Virus record (IMG/VR): IMGVR_UViG_3300034107_000314
Location: 32,001-96,000 of that record
Direction: 5' to 3' (one strand)
Length of the DNA: 64,000 nt
From: a virus
The position numbers and the translations under genes were made by a program. This document shows, one piece after another, positions 10,401 through 20,460 of this stretch; position 1 is the first letter of the stretch; each line of letters opens with the position of its first letter. The notes beneath the pieces were generated by a model that saw nothing but the letters and a program-made list of their open reading frames with translations, ran no database searches and was not told where the DNA came from.

Positions 10401-10926
10401 CTATTTCCTCCCAAGTTTTAATCATTGATGGTGACTGTTCTTTTATTTTTTCTTCATATGTCATATTTTTGACAATATCATTTTCTTCGTCAATCTCTAA
10501 TTTACTTCCTTTTAAATACTTGAAGATATAATTAAAATATGCCATACCATTAATAGAATCCGAATCATGTCTTATTAAAGCTACTGGGATATTAGATGTA
10601 GTTATTTTATTTATTTTTAAATAAAGATCTTCATTAAAATCTTCACCAACAATATTTACAACAGTCCATCCATTTTTGATATTATTAATGAATTGGTCTA
10701 ATATATAGATATCCGGTATTTTATTATAATTTAGTACAATATTATATTGGCATTCCAAGTATCTCATTTCATCAATAATATCGTCAGCAGACTCTTCTAG
10801 ATTATGACAAATACCAATCCAGTTTGGATTATGATGTAATACCTTAGATATATTATCTTTTAATTGTGATAAGTGAGATACATCTTTTAGTATAAAGATG
10901 TATCCTATTTTATTGTATATATTCAT
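10372..10926 (-). CDS. hypothetical protein
   Basis: 184 aa coupled ORF. Confidence 0.6.
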   Translation of the reverse strand: MNIYNKIGYIFILKDVSHLSQLKDNISKVLHHNPNWIGICHNLEESADDIIDEMRYLECQYNIVLNYNKIPDIYILDQFINNIKNGWTVVNIVGEDFNEDLYLKINKITTSNIPVALIRHDSDSINGMAYFNYIFKYLKGSKLEIDEENDIVKNMTYEEKIKEQSPSMIKTWEEIDEINRNIAN

Positions 10927-11342
10927 AGTACTTTCGTATACTCAAGTTTAAATTCTATATTACTAAGAACGACAGATTTTAATTGTATATACTGAAATTG
11001 GTTTAGAAAATCTTTTACTAATTCATTTGTAATAAAAGATTTAAACCCCTTGGCCTGTTCTGCCATTTGATTCAATTCTAATAAATTACCAGTTTTTCTA
11101 TATGCAAATACTAGTAGATCAAAATCAATATCGCTAATGATTAAACTTCCTTCAGGTCTAAGTTTCTTTACAATTAGAGAAAGAATATTTGGAATTTTGT
11201 TAATACTATACTGTCTCAACAATCCATCAAGTATAATTGAAGTACACTCAGAATCATCTGCAACATATTCCAACATTTCAACCTGTGATAAAACCTTAAA
11301 TGATTCGTCTTTAATAGACCTGTTTCCAAGATATACTTTCAT
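10923..11342 (-). CDS. small class I SAM-methyltransferase-like protein (degenerate)
   Basis: ADDSECTSII...L.....KLRPEGSLII pattern. Confidence 0.5.
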   Translation of the reverse strand: MKVYLGNRSIKDESFKVLSQVEMLEYVADDSECTSIILDGLLRQYSINKIPNILSLIVKKLRPEGSLIISDIDFDLLVFAYRKTGNLLELNQMAEQAKGFKSFITNELVKDFLNQFQYIQLKSVVLSNIEFKLEYTKVL

Positions 11343-12424
11343 ATAAATAAATCCTTAACTAAATTGCTATTTGTAAAATTAAACTTATCGACAGAACTAA
11401 TACATTTTTCTGAAATGTCTTGATATGAATCTTTGTTATTTAAAAATAACTCATATACTTCTCTCATTTTATTTTGTAAACCTAACACATCAATATTTAG
11501 CCAGTTGTCTTCAGATGTATATAAATCATCAAATGAATTATTTTCTGAATAACAAGGAGCTAGGTAAGAACGCACTGGATATCCATGAATATCATATTCT
11601 GAAATGCCAATTCCATCAGTATAAATAGGCACTACTCCCAATGCAGTTGCTTCGATGGCTGGATAGCACCAGCCTTCACCATGACTAGGAATTACAATTG
11701 CGTGACACTGCCTAAGAGTAGAGAAAACTATCTCTTCTGGTATCTGGTCAGCAATAACGATTTCTTTTTTAAATTTCTTATACTTTTTCATTTTGGACTT
11801 AACATTATCACAAAATTCTGTGACTTGTTTTATATTTCCAACAGTTTTTATATATAAATTTACTGGTTCTATATATTCAAATTCACTATGGAAAGCAATT
11901 AACAAGCTCTCTAAATTTTCTTTTTCATGTATAGATCCTATGAACACAAAATTAAATTTATTATTTAGCTCAGGTATACTTACTGTAGATTTTGTATCAA
12001 TAATTTTATTATAATTAAAACTATGGTTAAATACTTTTACCTTATCTGCATCAATTCCAGATCGTAATAGACATTCCTTGGATACCTCGCTAGGAACAAA
12101 AATTAAATCCATTAGTTTAATATTTTTAATCCATAGTGTATTCGTTAATTTTAACATATCAAGCTCTAATGCCGCTATGTTAATTGCCCCTCCGATATAT
12201 TTATAATCTTTGGGAAGGTAATGATGGACAACGTAATCAAAATCATCAGATGTTTTAGAAGTTAATTCCTTGATATCCTCTTCAAAATATGTATTTGCAT
12301 TGTTATATTTTATTTGAGTGCAATATACATCATGCCCAGCATTGTGCAGAGCTAATGCATTATATGTAGCGGCTTTTGCCCATTCAGTACCATCAGCAAA
12401 ATTTCCTATATATTTAATTTTCAT
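11339..12424 (-). CDS. GT4 (GT-B) glycosyltransferase
   Basis: PSHGEGWCYPAIEA (EX7E) motif. Confidence 0.85.
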   Translation of the reverse strand: MKIKYIGNFADGTEWAKAATYNALALHNAGHDVYCTQIKYNNANTYFEEDIKELTSKTSDDFDYVVHHYLPKDYKYIGGAINIAALELDMLKLTNTLWIKNIKLMDLIFVPSEVSKECLLRSGIDADKVKVFNHSFNYNKIIDTKSTVSIPELNNKFNFVFIGSIHEKENLESLLIAFHSEFEYIEPVNLYIKTVGNIKQVTEFCDNVKSKMKKYKKFKKEIVIADQIPEEIVFSTLRQCHAIVIPSHGEGWCYPAIEATALGVVPIYTDGIGISEYDIHGYPVRSYLAPCYSENNSFDDLYTSEDNWLNIDVLGLQNKMREVYELFLNNKDSYQDISEKCISSVDKFNFTNSNLVKDLFI

Positions 12425-14073
12425 TTAGCACCTAATTTCTGTAATCTAGCGTTTTCCCAGTCATTAAACATTGATCTCATATTTAAGCACATATGGAATG
12501 CTTTTTCAATATTAAATTCCTCATATCTTTTTTCCATGTCTGGATGAGAATAATCATTATAATAATATCCGGGAATAGTGGATGTTAAAGTTGCTCTATA
12601 AGTAAGATCCTTTACCATTCTTTTCCACATAGACTGATTAATCAATTCTGGCTTACCAAGTACATGAATAAATAGCCAGCTAATCTGATCTGATGTTGTC
12701 ATATTTGCTATATCACTTGGTAGTGATGTTTGAGGAGTAAATAATCTAGACCCAGATTCCCAAGTTTGAGATTTATCAAGCACCGGAGCGTTTAAGAAGT
12801 AATTAAGCCATTTATTTGCGGCATAATCCCAATTATAAATCTCTTTAGAATTTTCATAGCATTTCTTAGCTATGTAATTTCTCTTGGACTTATCTAAGCT
12901 TAAACTTTCAATAGTTGCTGCTAAAGCTTTATTGTCTGGTATAGCTCGGTTACATCCCGTCTCAAGTTCTTTATAAAGAGCCAGAGGTTTAATGCCAACC
13001 CCTTTAATGTTATTAATCAAAGATTCCATAGCAGAATATTCAATTGATATAACTGGCAAACCTGCGTATGCAGCTTCTAACTGAGGCATTCCCCAACCTT
13101 CACTATTCGCCCATTGAATATAGACATCAAATAGATTATATACTTTATTGAGTTCGTCTTCATTAATCTTGTTTGATATTCCAACTACTGCTGATGAAAA
13201 TGTATTGCATTTATAACAAAATGTTACAGAGTCATTAAAGAATAGTGGCTTGATATCACCACAGTTTTTACACTTGTAGGTCATCAAGACTTTATTTCCA
13301 AGTCCATTCTCTTTAATCAGCTCTGGGATATCCCAACCAACATCAGGATATGCAGTATGGCAATACAGATAGACATTCTTCATGTCAGGGTTGTTATCTA
13401 TAAAGATTTTGAAAGCTTTGAACAAATCGTTATAAAGTTTTCTTCGTTGATTTCTCATGACTGTGCCAAAGATAATGATATCTTCCTCAAGTCCGAAGCT
13501 ATTACGCAATTCTTTCTTATTTTTAATTGGAAAGAAACTATTGCTAGCGCATGGTGATGCTACGTCAATAAAGTTAATATTCTTTGATTGTTTGAGCATG
13601 GTATCTCTTCCAAACTCTGAATATGCGAATACACCATTTGCAGATGAGTAAGTATCGATCCAGCTTGATGCTTGAGGTTCGGCATCTACAGTTGGCATGA
13701 TAGCCCAATTAAAGAAATCTCTAAATGGAGACCTTTCCTCAAATTCAAGCATCCACCAATCTCTAATATCCATTACAAAGTCCGGCTGAAAATCTAGCAA
13801 GACATTATTAAATGAAAATTCTCCAAATTTATTAGCCATAGAAGCATTGTAGAAATTCATCGCCTCATGATTGTTTGCATCTGGGATATTTGCATAAAAT
13901 TTCCAAGGGATATCTTTAATTTCTTCTGCTTCTGGTCCTGAAAAGCATCCTAATTCAGCCACTTCAAGCTCTGGGTGTTTAGATAATCTTTTTAAGATTT
14001 CCTTGGTATATACAGAGTATCCAGTGGGGTGAAAAGACGCCTCAGTTACAAAAAGAACTTTTTTCTTTTTCAT
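12421..14073 (-). CDS. GT4 glycosyltransferase with an inserted CxxC...CxxC zinc ribbon
   Basis: RNQRRK; SEGWGMPQLEA; CKNC...CYKC insert. Confidence 0.85.
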   Translation of the reverse strand: MKKKKVLFVTEASFHPTGYSVYTKEILKRLSKHPELEVAELGCFSGPEAEEIKDIPWKFYANIPDANNHEAMNFYNASMANKFGEFSFNNVLLDFQPDFVMDIRDWWMLEFEERSPFRDFFNWAIMPTVDAEPQASSWIDTYSSANGVFAYSEFGRDTMLKQSKNINFIDVASPCASNSFFPIKNKKELRNSFGLEEDIIIFGTVMRNQRRKLYNDLFKAFKIFIDNNPDMKNVYLYCHTAYPDVGWDIPELIKENGLGNKVLMTYKCKNCGDIKPLFFNDSVTFCYKCNTFSSAVVGISNKINEDELNKVYNLFDVYIQWANSEGWGMPQLEAAYAGLPVISIEYSAMESLINNIKGVGIKPLALYKELETGCNRAIPDNKALAATIESLSLDKSKRNYIAKKCYENSKEIYNWDYAANKWLNYFLNAPVLDKSQTWESGSRLFTPQTSLPSDIANMTTSDQISWLFIHVLGKPELINQSMWKRMVKDLTYRATLTSTIPGYYYNDYSHPDMEKRYEEFNIEKAFHMCLNMRSMFNDWENARLQKLGAK

Positions 14074-14076
14074 ATA

Positions 14077-14400
14077 TTATTCCGTTTTACATCCTGCTGA
14101 TTTGAAATTTTTGACTCTAAATACAATTTTTTGACGATTTTGATCATTAAAAACCCACTTATGCTGTCGGGCTTCAGATTCAATAATAAGCATATCACCT
14201 TTTTTGAAGTGTTTAGCAATGGTTGTAGCACCACTATCCCAAGCTTCAAAATCTAAAAAGTCCACCCTGCGATGCTTTTCCCCTTCTTTATCTTTTCTAT
14301 AGTCTTCAACAGCTAAACAAAAATTAACAACATAAGTATTATTAACTTCCCTTAGTTCTGGCTCATTAGCCAATTTTCCTACAAAACAACAATTATTCAT
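14077..14400 (-). CDS. ssb: single-stranded DNA-binding protein (short, no acidic tail)
   Basis: MNNCCFVGKLANEPELR...FCLAV...DFLDFEAW...FKKGD. Confidence 0.9.
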   Translation of the reverse strand: MNNCCFVGKLANEPELREVNNTYVVNFCLAVEDYRKDKEGEKHRRVDFLDFEAWDSGATTIAKHFKKGDMLIIESEARQHKWVFNDQNRQKIVFRVKNFKSAGCKTE

Positions 14401-14409
14401 ATGTAATCC

Positions 14410-16017
14410 TTAAATTTGCATAACTCTTTTTACAACAAATGATTTATCCTTCTTTTCCTGTACTTCTCCATATAATAGTACCGTATTGCCTTCGAAAAGC
14501 AACTTCTTATATTGGGAAAATTCTTCAGAAAAAACCGTAATAGAATCTAATTCACCCGAACTATCTTCGGCAATTACAAATGCCATAAACTCGCCTTCGT
14601 GCTGACCTCTTTTTAGTTTATATTCTCTAACTTGATTTACTTTAACTGCTAATTTGGCATCTTGCATTTTCTTTACTTCGCCATTAGCAATCTCTTTACA
14701 TGTGATATTTACATCATCTAAAGCAAGATTATCTGACTGCGAACAAGTTAAAGAACAACCCATAAGTTTCTGTTCAATATCTGCAATCCACACATAATCG
14801 TCTTCAAGTGAATAAGGAGGATTTTGCAGAGCTTGGTAGATATCTAGTACAGAAGTGATCCTACGGGAATTAATCTTATCATTATTATTAATCATTCTAT
14901 TAACTAATTCAATGAATGGAGCGTTAGCCATGTTTGTGCTTTTCCAATGATCTATGATCCACCCTTGCTCTTTGATAGTTAGCTTATTCCAAATATCAAA
15001 TTCAAAGATCATTCTATTTCTATTAAGCTTATTATTCTTACCTATTAATCCACCTACACTAATAATAGAAATGAATGCATTCTTCTTTATCTCATTGCCA
15101 ATAAGGAACAAGCATTCTAACCAATTGAAGTCTTTGATAGGTTTTCTTGCAATACCTTCCGCTTCTTTGACAACCTTGGCTAATGTTTCCTGTTCACCCT
15201 CTCCAACATTCTTAACATCGCTATATCCAAAGTATATGACATTCCTATCTCTATCCATTGTAAAGCGACGATAGAAGAAGTCAAGTCTAGGGGGCAGAAC
15301 TTCAATTCCTTGTAGTTTCGCATCCATAATCAACTCTTTAATCTCTCGCTGCTTATCTGGCTTACTAGATGCATTGTTTAGATACACTGTATAAAATTTA
15401 ATTGGATCATGAGTTTTACAATATGCAGAAGCAAAAGAGTTAATAGCGTATGCCACAGCGTGAGATTTATTAAATGAATAGCGAGCAGATGCTGCAATCC
15501 ATTCAAAAATCTTAGCTGCTGATACGTCATCTACTAATCCTTTAGCTTTTGCTCCATTGATAAACTTCTCTTCAACTTCTTTCATAAGTGCCGCATCTTT
15601 TTTACCCATAGCTTTACGTAGTGAGTCAGCCTCTTCAGGTGTAAAGCCAGCAATCTCTGTAGCAATACGCATAGCTTGTTCTTGATATACGATAATTCCA
15701 TAAGTTTTACCCAGCACTGTTTCCAGTGCCGGGTGTAAATATTTGGTCTCGTCAATCTTAGCCTTGCGATCTGTATAGTGCTTGGTCATGGATTTGCCGT
15801 CTAATTCGGCCTCTAGCGTGCCGGGGCGAATAATGGATACCAAGTCAGCTAATTCGTCAATAGAGCGAGGTTGCGCCCTTTTTGCCCAACTGGAACCCAG
15901 TCTGGACTCCAATTGAAAAACACCCTTAGTTCTCCCGCTGCAAATCAGATCCCAAGTCGCTTCGTCGTCAAAATTTTTGATATCTTCAATATGAACCATT
16001 GAATGCCCTTTCGACAT
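14410..16017 (-). CDS. dnaE: DNA polymerase III alpha, C-terminal half (fingers, HhH, OB)
   Basis: KGVFQLES, IRPG, YQEQAM, LRKAMGKK, YSFNKSHAVAY, MAFVIAEDSSG. Confidence 0.93.
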   Translation of the reverse strand: MSKGHSMVHIEDIKNFDDEATWDLICSGRTKGVFQLESRLGSSWAKRAQPRSIDELADLVSIIRPGTLEAELDGKSMTKHYTDRKAKIDETKYLHPALETVLGKTYGIIVYQEQAMRIATEIAGFTPEEADSLRKAMGKKDAALMKEVEEKFINGAKAKGLVDDVSAAKIFEWIAASARYSFNKSHAVAYAINSFASAYCKTHDPIKFYTVYLNNASSKPDKQREIKELIMDAKLQGIEVLPPRLDFFYRRFTMDRDRNVIYFGYSDVKNVGEGEQETLAKVVKEAEGIARKPIKDFNWLECLFLIGNEIKKNAFISIISVGGLIGKNNKLNRNRMIFEFDIWNKLTIKEQGWIIDHWKSTNMANAPFIELVNRMINNNDKINSRRITSVLDIYQALQNPPYSLEDDYVWIADIEQKLMGCSLTCSQSDNLALDDVNITCKEIANGEVKKMQDAKLAVKVNQVREYKLKRGQHEGEFMAFVIAEDSSGELDSITVFSEEFSQYKKLLFEGNTVLLYGEVQEKKDKSFVVKRVMQI

Positions 16018-16201
16018 AATTCTTATACGCTTCTTCCAGCAATTTTATTAACTCATGATCATCATCAGTTATATATTCAGTCTGAGTATAGTCATCATAA
16101 TAATCCTCAGAATACCAGTCACCATCTGCATCTCGCTTATAATAACCATTATCTGTTTTAACATAGAAAAAGACTTCTCTGCTAACTGATATTATTTTCA
16201 T
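15986..16201 (-). CDS. small acidic hypothetical protein
   Basis: 71 aa, ATGA-coupled to the exonuclease gene. Confidence 0.6.
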   Translation of the reverse strand: MKIISVSREVFFYVKTDNGYYKRDADGDWYSEDYYDDYTQTEYITDDDHELIKLLEEAYKNYVERAFNGSY

Positions 16202-16905
16202 AATGTAATATCCATAGGGGCATTTGCAAATGACTTCTCAAAGTTAGTCTTAGAATTTAACTTGCGTTGATACTTCATAAATCTGACAAAGATATTTGCA
16301 GTGTCAACAACATCATAGATAGCGTTGTGGGCATTTGCTTTACTCTCTTCGGGGAATCCAAAGAACTCTCTCAGGTATCCCATGTTTAATTTCTTAACTG
16401 CATCATTATCTTCAAACCATCCAAACAATACATCCATCATGTCTACTTTATAAATTTGATGAACGAGCTTTTGCTTTCCGGTTTTTTCTTCAGATGGCCC
16501 ATACATTTGACAATACCTATTTAAGATTGGCATATCATAGTTATTGATATTAAATCCTACAGGAATAGGTGCAAAGTATGGAGATCCTTTCATATTAAAC
16601 TTAGTTACAAAATTAGAGAACTGCTGCCAAGCAACTTTAGGCCCAACAGCTTTTTCTAATTGTTCGCGAGTCTTGCGAGTTACGTCAAGAGCTTCTTGTT
16701 CAACAGGATCGAACCCTGCTTTAATAGCTTTCTCATCATCAAACTCAGGTCGTACTTCAATGTCAAATACTCCACCCGGCTGAAGTGTTAGCTTCTTACC
16801 ATGCAATACTACTGCTGAGATTTGAGTCAATTGACACTTGTTTGGATTCTTGCCTGTGGTTTCAAAGTCAAAAATCAAAAAATCACGATTGCTGTTTAGT
16901 GACAT
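16198..16905 (-). CDS. DEDDh 3'-5' exonuclease (DnaQ/epsilon-like)
   Basis: FDFETTG, GFNINNYD, AHNAIYD. Confidence 0.9.
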   Translation of the reverse strand: MSLNSNRDFLIFDFETTGKNPNKCQLTQISAVVLHGKKLTLQPGGVFDIEVRPEFDDEKAIKAGFDPVEQEALDVTRKTREQLEKAVGPKVAWQQFSNFVTKFNMKGSPYFAPIPVGFNINNYDMPILNRYCQMYGPSEEKTGKQKLVHQIYKVDMMDVLFGWFEDNDAVKKLNMGYLREFFGFPEESKANAHNAIYDVVDTANIFVRFMKYQRKLNSKTNFEKSFANAPMDITL

Positions 16906-17116
16906 AGTTCTCTCTCAATTCTAAAAATTTATCAATAGCTTCGTTTAGGTCGTAAAATATTTGTGAGAATTTATTATTATGGACTTGATATATTCCATTC
17001 TTCTTCTCTCTGTACCAAGGAACATGATTTCTTAGATCGGATAAGCTCAAATCTTTAAAGTCAATGTCATTACCATCCCTGATAACAGTTGCGTAGTCTA
17101 GAAATTTTTCCTTCAT
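16883..17116 (-). CDS. hypothetical protein
   Basis: 77 aa, starts 1 nt after the dnaE-N stop. Confidence 0.6.
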   Translation of the reverse strand: MKEKFLDYATVIRDGNDIDFKDLSLSDLRNHVPWYREKKNGIYQVHNNKFSQIFYDLNEAIDKFLELRENYVTKQQS

Positions 17117-17117
17117 G

Positions 17118-18620
17118 TTAGTCCTTGTCTGTAATCTGCATAATTTTATCTAGTAAGTTAATCCCAAGCACATCAAATTTAGTCAGTCCAACTTTATCCA
17201 AGTCATGCATTTCAAATGCCACTAATCTATGACCATTCTTATCTGTAATAAGAGGCGCATCATTAATTAGATCTTCATTAGAAATAATTACTCCTGCCGG
17301 ATGTTTTCCTTGAGATTTATAAGTTCCTTCTATTCTTATAGCAAGAGAGAAAAGATCTGACAACTCTCCAGATAAATTACCCCCCTTGTCGATTCTACAC
17401 CACTTCTCAAGTCTCTTTGGATCATTTTCAAGAGTCCACCGAATCACTGATTTGATATCCATTTCTTCCAACTCATCCGAAATGCTAGCTTCTTGTGGCA
17501 AACTTTCAGTGATCTCGTTTAGCTCACTAAAAGATAAGTCCCCATAAACTCTAGCAACATCTTTAACTGCTGATCGACCTTGTAAACGTCCAAATGTAAT
17601 CATCTGATAAACTCTCTCATTGCCATACTTGTTCTTAATATAGTCAATGATTTCATCGCGGTGAACAGATGGAACGTCCATATCAATATCCGGCAAAGAA
17701 ATATTGTCTTTTGTAAATCGACCAGCATTTAAAAATCTAGAGAATAGTAAGTCATATTTCATAGGATCAATATCAATGATTCCAAGTAAATATGACACTA
17801 GACATCCACCAGCACTTCCACGGCCCGGACCCGGCAACCACTTATTGTTTCTTACATATTGAATAATGTCTTGCACAATAAGAAAGTATCCAGACAGTTC
17901 AAATCCATGAATAACAGATAGTTCATACTTAATACGATCAGTATATTCTTTCTTCCTATCGCCTTTTAAATGCATAAGTTTTGCTCGCCATCCATCCCTA
18001 CACAATTGTGTTAAGTAGTCATTTTCAGACATATCTCCACAATCTACGCGAGGTAGCTTGGGCTTAGAAAGAATGCTATACTGTTGCAATTCGGAATATA
18101 ACTGTTTAGTTCCAAAGTATTGCTTTTGACTAGGTATAATCCTATGAGGTGGATGAAAGAAATAATGATCAGACTCAAAGAACTTTTTATATTCTCCCAT
18201 GTCTACATCTTTAGCTTTCTTAAGTGTAGTTTTAAAGTTAAGACATAATACCATTCTATGAAGAATTGCGTCATTCTGTTCAGCATAATAAACTGGCATA
18301 ACTGCTAGTTCATCTTCTGTATAAAATTGTAAGTCTTCTTTATCGTATTCTATCTTTTCTTTAGAAGCTAGCTTAATTAAAGCCCTATACCCTTTTAAGG
18401 ATTTAGCGATGTAATATCCACCGTTCTCTTTCATTCCAAGGATTGGAACAATCCCCGCTTTATTCATGGCATTGAAGAAATCAACAACACCACTAATAGT
18501 TTCAATATCAGCAATTAAGCAATGAGTATAACCTAATTCTTTGCATTTCTTGGCAGCTTCATCTGGTTTGATGAAACCTTTCAATAATGAATAGTGTGTT
18601 GTTATAACTGGCAATATCAT
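17118..18620 (-). CDS. dnaE: DNA polymerase III alpha, N-terminal half (degenerate PHP plus palm)
   Basis: GPGRGSAGG, LLFSRFLN, PDIDMD, KHPAGV, LTKFDVLG. Confidence 0.93.
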   Translation of the reverse strand: MILPVITTHYSLLKGFIKPDEAAKKCKELGYTHCLIADIETISGVVDFFNAMNKAGIVPILGMKENGGYYIAKSLKGYRALIKLASKEKIEYDKEDLQFYTEDELAVMPVYYAEQNDAILHRMVLCLNFKTTLKKAKDVDMGEYKKFFESDHYFFHPPHRIIPSQKQYFGTKQLYSELQQYSILSKPKLPRVDCGDMSENDYLTQLCRDGWRAKLMHLKGDRKKEYTDRIKYELSVIHGFELSGYFLIVQDIIQYVRNNKWLPGPGRGSAGGCLVSYLLGIIDIDPMKYDLLFSRFLNAGRFTKDNISLPDIDMDVPSVHRDEIIDYIKNKYGNERVYQMITFGRLQGRSAVKDVARVYGDLSFSELNEITESLPQEASISDELEEMDIKSVIRWTLENDPKRLEKWCRIDKGGNLSGELSDLFSLAIRIEGTYKSQGKHPAGVIISNEDLINDAPLITDKNGHRLVAFEMHDLDKVGLTKFDVLGINLLDKIMQITDKD

Positions 18621-19648
18621 TCAACAGCTCCCGGATCTTTATAAGTTCCAATCACAAATCCCGGTCTAGTACATGTTTCGACCGTTTTTTGCATTCCAAT
18701 AGTTTTGATTTGATCTTCGACATGATGACACATAGTTCGTTCAGTTCCCGGCCAGTTTGTCTTATAGTAATGACATAGCTTTTGACATTTAAAACTTTTT
18801 CGATCTTGTGATATGGGTTTAGGATTTTGATTTGCTCTGATCTCTTCAAACATTGTTTTCAGAGTATTACTAAGAAAATACTCGTCATCATCTTTATCAA
18901 AAGCAAGCGTAAATGGTCCACCATCCCTACAGAAAAAGATAGTCATTAATGTATATCTATACTTGGGATAGAGTTTGCCAACGGCATAGTGATAAAGAAG
19001 TAGCTGGGTATCCTTCATCAGCTTGTCATAGTCCTTACGCTCTCCAGTCGCCCAATCAAGCCTCTGGCCAGTCTTCCAGTCGATTACTTCTATTGTACCA
19101 TCTTCCATCTCAGTTACAAGATCTATTGTCCCTTTTATCGCAAGATTTCCAGAAATTGGCCCATCTGGGCCATCAAAAGTGAATTTTGCCCAAGGCTCAT
19201 TGATTGGAATGTCAAAGTGAGGTTCAGTATCAATTACTTTTCTATTTCGTGGATCAAATTGACCCTTATTATACGACAATGTATCCCAAACCATTTTTTC
19301 ACAAAATTTATAATCTTTATCATCAAATGAATTATGTGTTGAGTTTTCTCTGTAAAATTGAAAACTTCTATTTAAGACTGAATAAACAAAAGCATCGCTA
19401 TGTAAATCTTTTTCAGTAAAAGAAAAATCACCCAAAGGTTCTTGAGTGATTTTCATGGTTGATCTTTTATTGAACTGAGTCCTTTTTTTACATATTGCTA
19501 ATGTTTCAAGCACTGCGTGAGTTATAGTTCCCAGATCTGCTTTTTTTCCTGATGGAGAATAATGACCCAGCACGTATGTCATAAAATATTGCAGTTCACA
19601 ATATTTCCAGTTGTTAAGACTGGAAGATCTAAAATAAGTAGTAATCAT
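18617..19648 (-). CDS. Cas4/RecB-like PD-(D/E)xK nuclease
   Basis: SSSLNNWKYC, GTIDLV, IDWKTG, QLLLY, C-terminal CxxxC...C. Confidence 0.85.
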   Translation of the reverse strand: MITTYFRSSSLNNWKYCELQYFMTYVLGHYSPSGKKADLGTITHAVLETLAICKKRTQFNKRSTMKITQEPLGDFSFTEKDLHSDAFVYSVLNRSFQFYRENSTHNSFDDKDYKFCEKMVWDTLSYNKGQFDPRNRKVIDTEPHFDIPINEPWAKFTFDGPDGPISGNLAIKGTIDLVTEMEDGTIEVIDWKTGQRLDWATGERKDYDKLMKDTQLLLYHYAVGKLYPKYRYTLMTIFFCRDGGPFTLAFDKDDDEYFLSNTLKTMFEEIRANQNPKPISQDRKSFKCQKLCHYYKTNWPGTERTMCHHVEDQIKTIGMQKTVETCTRPGFVIGTYKDPGAVE

Positions 19649-20460
19649 TTGATTGATGTTACTGCTTGTCTTTTATATACCTGCTCTGGTGGATTTAATA
19701 CTACGTCTTTAGACAACCATTTCCACTCATCTAAAACTTTAAGTAACTCTTGACAAGATTCTTCAATAGACATGTTTGCATTATCTAAGACGTAATCAAA
19801 CCCATTATAATTATCTAACGCTGATTCACTTACATGAGAGTCTTCATTGTGGAATCTTGTTAATCTAATAATTTTTCCTCCGGCTTTTTTAACTGCCTCT
19901 ACTTCATTTTCAAATCTAGCATCAGAAATAATAGCGAAGTTCGATTGTTCTGCTAAAATATCTTTAATTGCTCGATCTGTCCATACATCTGGATATATTT
20001 TTCTACAAATATCTGTGCCAAAATATTGGATAAATTCTCTAGCGGTCATTTCTCCTGTCTTGCCTTTAATTTTTGTAGGCATGTCTTCCCATTTATATTT
20101 AATAGGTGTATTTTTTTGTTGATCTGTTCCATACAATAATTCTTTGTCAATATTAAACAATGAAATTGCAATTTCTTTTAATGTAGTTGCAAAAGCGTAA
20201 TGCTTAACAAAAGGCCATACATTATCTATTGCCCAGATCGCAAAATCCATATCTACTCTGGTAATATCAATAATTCCTTGTCCGCTTTGTGTTTTACCAG
20301 ATGTATCGGTTACTAATGTTTCAATAACTAGTTCCCCTTGATCAGTAATTTCAAAAGCATCGATAATACCATATGATTTTAATTGATATCCATGTAAAAA
20401 ATTACAAAGAGTATTTTTGCCTGATTGTTTTTTTCCAGAAAATGCTAATATTTGACCCAT
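19645..20460 (-). CDS. deoxynucleoside monophosphate kinase
   Basis: SGKKQSGKNT, FATTLK, REFIQYFGTD, ISDARFENE, HVSE. Confidence 0.88.
   Translation of the reverse strand: MGQILAFSGKKQSGKNTLCNFLHGYQLKSYGIIDAFEITDQGELVIETLVTDTSGKTQSGQGIIDITRVDMDFAIWAIDNVWPFVKHYAFATTLKEIAISLFNIDKELLYGTDQQKNTPIKYKWEDMPTKIKGKTGEMTAREFIQYFGTDICRKIYPDVWTDRAIKDILAEQSNFAIISDARFENEVEAVKKAGGKIIRLTRFHNEDSHVSESALDNYNGFDYVLDNANMSIEESCQELLKVLDEWKWLSKDVVLNPPEQVYKRQAVTSIK

Noticed and set aside
14410-18620. Split intein joining the DnaE halves
   Set aside because: No C/S-start IntN extension after the palm, no HN-C/S IntC at the start of the C-half, and the usual insertion site YSFNKSH is intact.
18617-19648. CRISPR-Cas system
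   Set aside because: Solo Cas4-like nuclease in a replication block; no repeat-spacer array or other cas genes seen in the window.
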